Source: Naegleria gruberi
Lineage: Eukaryota
NCBI GenBank assembly: GCA_000004985.1
Contig: GG739294.1
Strand: one strand, 5' to 3'
DNA length: 2,045 bases
A program made the position numbers and the translations under genes. Positions within the stretch are counted from its first letter, which is position 1. Every line of letters begins with the position of its first letter. Below the pieces are notes generated by a model. That model did no database searches, was not told where the DNA came from, and was given only the letters and a program-made list of their open reading frames with translations. Of the stretch, positions 1 to 2,045 are shown in pieces.

Positions 1-161
1 CATGATTTTATTCAATTTTCTAAAAATGAAATTTTAATTTCTTTAAATAATCAAAATTTAATTATTTTAAATTTAATTGATTATTTAAAATGATTTCATA
101 AATTGTTTAATTAAATAATAATAAAATATTAGTATTATATTTAAAATATTATTATTTAAAA

Positions 162-761
162 TTAATCCCAATCATCTTGATCTTGAATATTTGCAATATT
201 TTCCATTTTTCTATTTTTAAATCTATTATCATCATCATCATGTTCATAATAGGAAATATTTAAATTTGTATCCCAAACTTCAATAAAATGATCATTTCCA
301 GCAGAAAATAAAAATTGATTTTTTTCATCTAAACATAGACATTTAATTGAATCATAATGAATTTCTGATAAAGTTTTAATTTTTTTTCCATTAAATTTAT
401 CAAATAATTCAATTCTATTAAAAGAAGCATGAAATAAAATATCACCTTCTGATTCTTCAATTAAATGACATGATGTCTTGTTATTATTTATAATATTACA
501 ATTATATTGTGTATTTTTACCATTTGATACTATCCATTTCATTAATTTATTATCATTACTTGAACTATATATATATTGTCCACATTTGGAAAATTTAATA
601 CTATTTATAGATTGATTATGTGCTATTGGTACTTTAACATTGGAATAATTATATGATTTACTTGTTGAAAATCCAACTTGTTGTGTTTTTCTTTTTTCAA
701 TTCTATTTTTTACATTATTTATATTTGAATTATTATTATTTAAATTATTTAAATTATTATT
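162..761 (-). CDS. C-terminal portion of a WD40-repeat protein. It is partial and the 5' boundary is unresolved: the first ATG is at 540-542, but the frame stays open up to 761.
   Basis: The stop TAA is the reverse complement of 162-164. The listed 126-aa ORF contains a canonical WD blade ending (LFSAGNDHFIEVWD) and an acidic tail (HDDDD...QDDWD). By hand translation the same frame stays open for 73 more codons above the ATG (543-761). That stretch reads ...VKVPIAHNQSINSIKFSKCGQYIYSSSNDNKLMKWIV, which is itself a WD repeat (H-x..-F-S-x-G-x-Y-x-S-S-S-x-D-x-x-x-x-W). Coding therefore almost certainly extends upstream of M542. The in-frame stop (minus TGA) sits at 762-764, exactly where the AT-only run 705-761 ends, so the true 5' end is probably an intron acceptor. 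Minus AG candidates are at 704/703 and 692/691. Confidence 0.7.
   Translation of the reverse strand, partial: NNNLNNLNNNNSNINNVKNRIEKRKTQQVGFSTSKSYNYSNVKVPIAHNQSINSIKFSKCGQYIYSSSNDNKLMKWIVSNGKNTQYNCNIINNNKTSCHLIEESEGDILFHASFNRIELFDKFNGKKIKTLSEIHYDSIKCLCLDEKNQFLFSAGNDHFIEVWDTNLNISYYEHDDDDNRFKNRKMENIANIQDQDDWD
228..241 (-). repeat. (ATC)4 on the plus strand, which is (GAT)n on the minus strand and encodes the DDDD run in the acidic C-terminal tail of the WD40 protein.
   Basis: Plus 228-241 reads atcatcatcatcat. The minus frame gives HDDDDN. Confidence 0.85.
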
Positions 762-1013
762 TCATTCGTTTGTACTTGTTTGAACGCATGTGCTCCAAGG
801 CTTTGAAAACCACCATCACTCAACATATATTTAACCACCATCACTCTGCTCCCTGAATCACAGTACAGTGCGGTGAGGGCAGTAGTAATGATAATGATGA
901 GCACTTGGGAATCAACTATACATTAATCATGCATTTCAAAAAAAAAACATCACACCTCTCTGAGAGATCTAAAGAACTTCATCACACTAGAACATTTAAT
1001 AGATTCACACTCA
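762..1013. promoter_or_regulatory. An unusually G+C-richer, C/A-rich (plus strand) block between the 5' side of the minus WD40 ORF and the plus ORF at 1014. It is a candidate divergent promoter or regulatory region with CA-rich or G-box-like elements.
   Basis: By hand count 781-900 is roughly 40-47% G+C, against near-pure AT in the neighbouring spacers (1-161, 705-761, 1428-1603). The plus strand is C/A-rich with few G in 805-860. It holds a 14-bp perfect direct repeat and CATCAC at 814-819, 839-844, 949-954 and 980-985. TCACAC/ATCACA variants occur at 857-862 and 1005-1010. An A10 run lies at 938-947. No ORF is convincing on either strand; the segment TAGTAATGATAATGATGA at about 882-900 places stops in one plus frame repeatedly. 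Confidence 0.35.
808..846. repeat. Perfect 14-bp direct repeat AACCACCATCACTC at 808-821 and 833-846, separated by an 11-bp AT spacer (AACATATATTT). Copies are 25 bp apart start to start.
   Basis: Read directly from the sequence. On the minus strand each copy reads GAGTGATGGTGGTT, a GT-rich, G-box-like sequence. Confidence 0.85.
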
Positions 1014-1427
1014 ATGATGTTCAACAAGAAGACAATAACTAATCCAATTAATAATATTATTATAATGAGTATACTATTAACATTGTGTATTATAATATTA
1101 CCTAATAAGCATGTAATACATTGTAAAGTATTGTGTAACTATAATGGAGATTGTTCATTAAGATATTATTTATCTTCAATTGAAAATGAATATACTAAAT
1201 TATATTTATTACATTCTCAATTAGATAGTTATATTAATATTTTAAATGTAAAGAATGCAACTTTATATGAAACTGAAATTTTACAAAGGAGAAATCAATT
1301 AAAACAAATTAAAGAAAATCAAAGAACATTATTATTTGATATTCATTCATTAAAAAGAAAATGTTATTTGAATGATGGTGATAATTGTGATATTCCAATA
1401 ATATTACAAAAAATAGAAATTACATGA
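1014..1427 (+). CDS. Hypothetical small protein of 137 aa with an N-terminal hydrophobic signal peptide or signal anchor and six cysteines. It may be secreted or a type II membrane protein.
   Basis: This is a complete ORF from ATGATG to TGA. Codon usage is Dictyostelium-like (AAA, AAT, ATT, TTA, CAA, GAA, AGA, TGT) without collapsing into pure low complexity. A hydrophobic run IIIMSILLTLCIIIL follows a 16-residue polar N-region. Cysteine spacing is C-x3-C-x5-C and C-x7-C. A predicted helical, charged segment ETEILQRRNQLKQIKENQRTLLFDIHSLKRK follows. The start context (tcaATGATGt) is not the typical A-rich one, which lowers confidence. Confidence 0.5.
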   Translation: MMFNKKTITNPINNIIIMSILLTLCIIILPNKHVIHCKVLCNYNGDCSLRYYLSSIENEYTKLYLLHSQLDSYINILNVKNATLYETEILQRRNQLKQIKENQRTLLFDIHSLKRKCYLNDGDNCDIPIILQKIEIT

Positions 1428-1501
1428 AACTATTTATTAAGAATATTAAATGTAATATATATCTACTCATTAGAGTTTCAATACTCTATTATTATATATT
1501 T

Positions 1502-1515
1502 GGAAAGAAATTTCC
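1502..1515. promoter_or_regulatory. Short palindrome GGAAA-gaaa-TTTCC containing GAAnnTTC (a heat-shock-element-like core) about 90 bp upstream of the 1604 ATG.
   Basis: GGAAA (1502-1506) and TTTCC (1511-1515) are reverse complements. GAAatTTC lies at 1507-1514. It is the only G/C-containing island in an otherwise AT-only spacer. Confidence 0.25.
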
Positions 1516-1531
1516 GTTTTACTGTAAATTA

Positions 1532-1558
1532 CATCATTAAGCATCATTAAGGATTAAG
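1532..1558. repeat. Tandem direct repeat (CATCATTAAG)x2 followed by a partial third unit GATTAAG. It lies 45-70 bp upstream of the ATG at 1604 and is a candidate promoter element.
   Basis: 1532-1541 and 1542-1551 are identical 10-mers. ATTAAG occurs three times in 27 bp. Confidence 0.7.
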
Positions 1559-1567
1559 TTCTTTTGT

Positions 1568-1573
1568 AATAAA
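1568..1573 (+). other. AATAAA hexamer, a possible polyadenylation signal for the 1014-1427 gene, about 140 nt past its stop.
   Basis: The motif is present, but in DNA this AT-rich AATAAA arises by chance and it lies only about 30 nt before the next gene's ATG. A second candidate for the minus gene is plus TTTATT at 7-12. Confidence 0.2.
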
Positions 1574-1603
1574 TAACATTCAATTTCAATAATTTATAAA
1601 AAA

Positions 1604-2045
1604 ATGTCATTTCTCTATCTAGTACATAAATATTCTCAACCTCAAACAGCCTCATCATCACCTGTTGATGAATTAAAATCTCCGAGAATGTCTAATCAAC
1701 AACAACAACAACAAGATTTAAAATCACCAAAAGGAGGAGCCAATAATAATAATAGAAATAAACCAACATCACCCAATACAAAAACCAATAATTCTGAAAA
1801 GGAACATGAGCCTCCAAAACCCATTGAAGAAGTAATATTATTAAATTATGATATGGATAAAAGTATTGTATTATTAGATAAAATTAAGGAAATGTGTTGT
1901 TTTCAAGATGTTGAACATTTAGATTTAGTTAATTTTAAAACAGGTGAATGTGTAATGATACATTTAGATCCATTTGCTCCTGGTTCTAAATATTTAAAAA
2001 AAGGTGAAAAATATTTTCCATGTAAAGTAATAATACAAACAATAC
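1604..2045 (+). CDS. Hypothetical protein, 5' part only; the ORF runs off the window end. It has an S/N/Q-rich, probably disordered N-terminus with SP motifs, then a compact globular-looking domain.
   Basis: The ATG is at 1604-1606 in the classic aaaaaaATG context, with an in-frame TAA at 1574-1576 upstream. The frame is open for 147 codons to the window end. Hand translation gives MSFLYLVHKYSQPQTASSSPVDELKSPRMSNQQQQQQDLKSPKGGANNNNRNKPTSPNTKTNNSEKEHEPPKPIEEVILLNYDMDKSIVLLDKIKEMCCFQDVEHLDLVNFKTGECVMIHLDPFAPGSKYLKKGEKYFPCKVIIQTI. The in-frame (CAA)6 and (AAT)4 tracts are typical of Dictyostelium coding sequence. Confidence 0.65.
   Translation, partial: MSFLYLVHKYSQPQTASSSPVDELKSPRMSNQQQQQQDLKSPKGGANNNNRNKPTSPNTKTNNSEKEHEPPKPIEEVILLNYDMDKSIVLLDKIKEMCCFQDVEHLDLVNFKTGECVMIHLDPFAPGSKYLKKGEKYFPCKVIIQTI
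1697..1714 (+). repeat. (CAA)6 in-frame trinucleotide repeat encoding Q6. The nearby (AAT)4 at 1742-1753 encodes N4.
   Basis: Read directly. Its frame matches the ATG at 1604 because 1697-1604 is divisible by 3. Confidence 0.9.

Noticed and set aside
120-125. Plus-strand AATAAA in the 3' flank of the minus gene
   Set aside because: The flank is pure AT, where the hexamer occurs by chance. No plus-strand gene is visible upstream within the window.
623-661. Minus-strand GTAAAT...AATAG pair that looks like a donor and acceptor
   Set aside because: It would make a 39-nt intron, below the minimum intron size seen in Dictyostelium. It is also a multiple of three, and reading through it gives a good WD-repeat sequence, so it is exon.
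653-856. A 67-aa plus-strand ORF (MIYLLKIQLVVFFFF...)
   Set aside because: It is antisense to the WD40 coding frame and is made of F/Y/L/N low complexity from AT-rich sequence. Its end simply runs into the CA-rich block (HHHSAP). It has no start context or domain signal.
882-900. TAGTAATGATAATGATGA, a possible tandem repeat and stop cluster
   Set aside because: It is only about 2.5 imperfect copies of AATGAT(A). I noted it as part of the snoRNA-like C box and as evidence that the block is non-coding, but it is not a feature on its own.
979-985. Minus-strand C-box-like GUGAUGA
   Set aside because: There is no CUGA D box within about 100 nt downstream on the minus strand, so there is no C/D unit in that orientation.
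762-1013. tRNA, snRNA (U1/U2/U4/U5/U6) or Dictyostelium class I RNA gene in the GC-richer block
   Set aside because: No A box (TRGCNNAGTGG) or B box (GGTTCGANTCC) on either strand. No recognisable snRNA core sequences. No class I 11-nt motif (CCTTACAGCAA). No DUSE ([AT]CCCA[CT]AA); the nearest, minus-strand TCCCAAGT, mismatches at two positions.

Overview
This is very AT-rich eukaryotic genomic DNA and looks like a social amoeba such as Dictyostelium. The start context AAAAATG, in-frame (CAA)n polyglutamine and (AAT)n polyasparagine tracts, A/T-ending codons and near-pure-AT spacers all point that way. I see no CRISPR array, operon or other prokaryotic signature, and no defence-type system. 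Three protein-coding units are visible. First, a minus-strand gene whose 3' part (stop at 162-164) encodes the last blades of a WD40 beta-propeller plus an acidic tail. Its reading frame stays open up to 761, which is well above the first ATG at 542. Second, a complete plus-strand ORF at 1014-1427 encoding a small Cys-containing protein with an N-terminal hydrophobic signal or anchor. Third, a plus-strand gene starting at 1604 that runs off the window end, with an S/N/Q-rich N-terminus containing SP motifs followed by a compact conserved-looking domain. The most unusual stretch is a ~250 bp block at about 762-1013 that is much richer in G+C than Dictyostelium intergenic DNA normally is. It is C/A-rich on the plus strand and carries a perfect 14-bp direct repeat, four CATCAC motifs, a stop-dense TAGTAATGATAATGATGA segment and an A10 run. 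It may be a divergent developmental promoter with CA-rich or G-box-like elements, a small ncRNA locus (a weak box C/D candidate is noted), or a foreign or mobile-element remnant truncating the WD40 gene. I cannot tell which from sequence alone.
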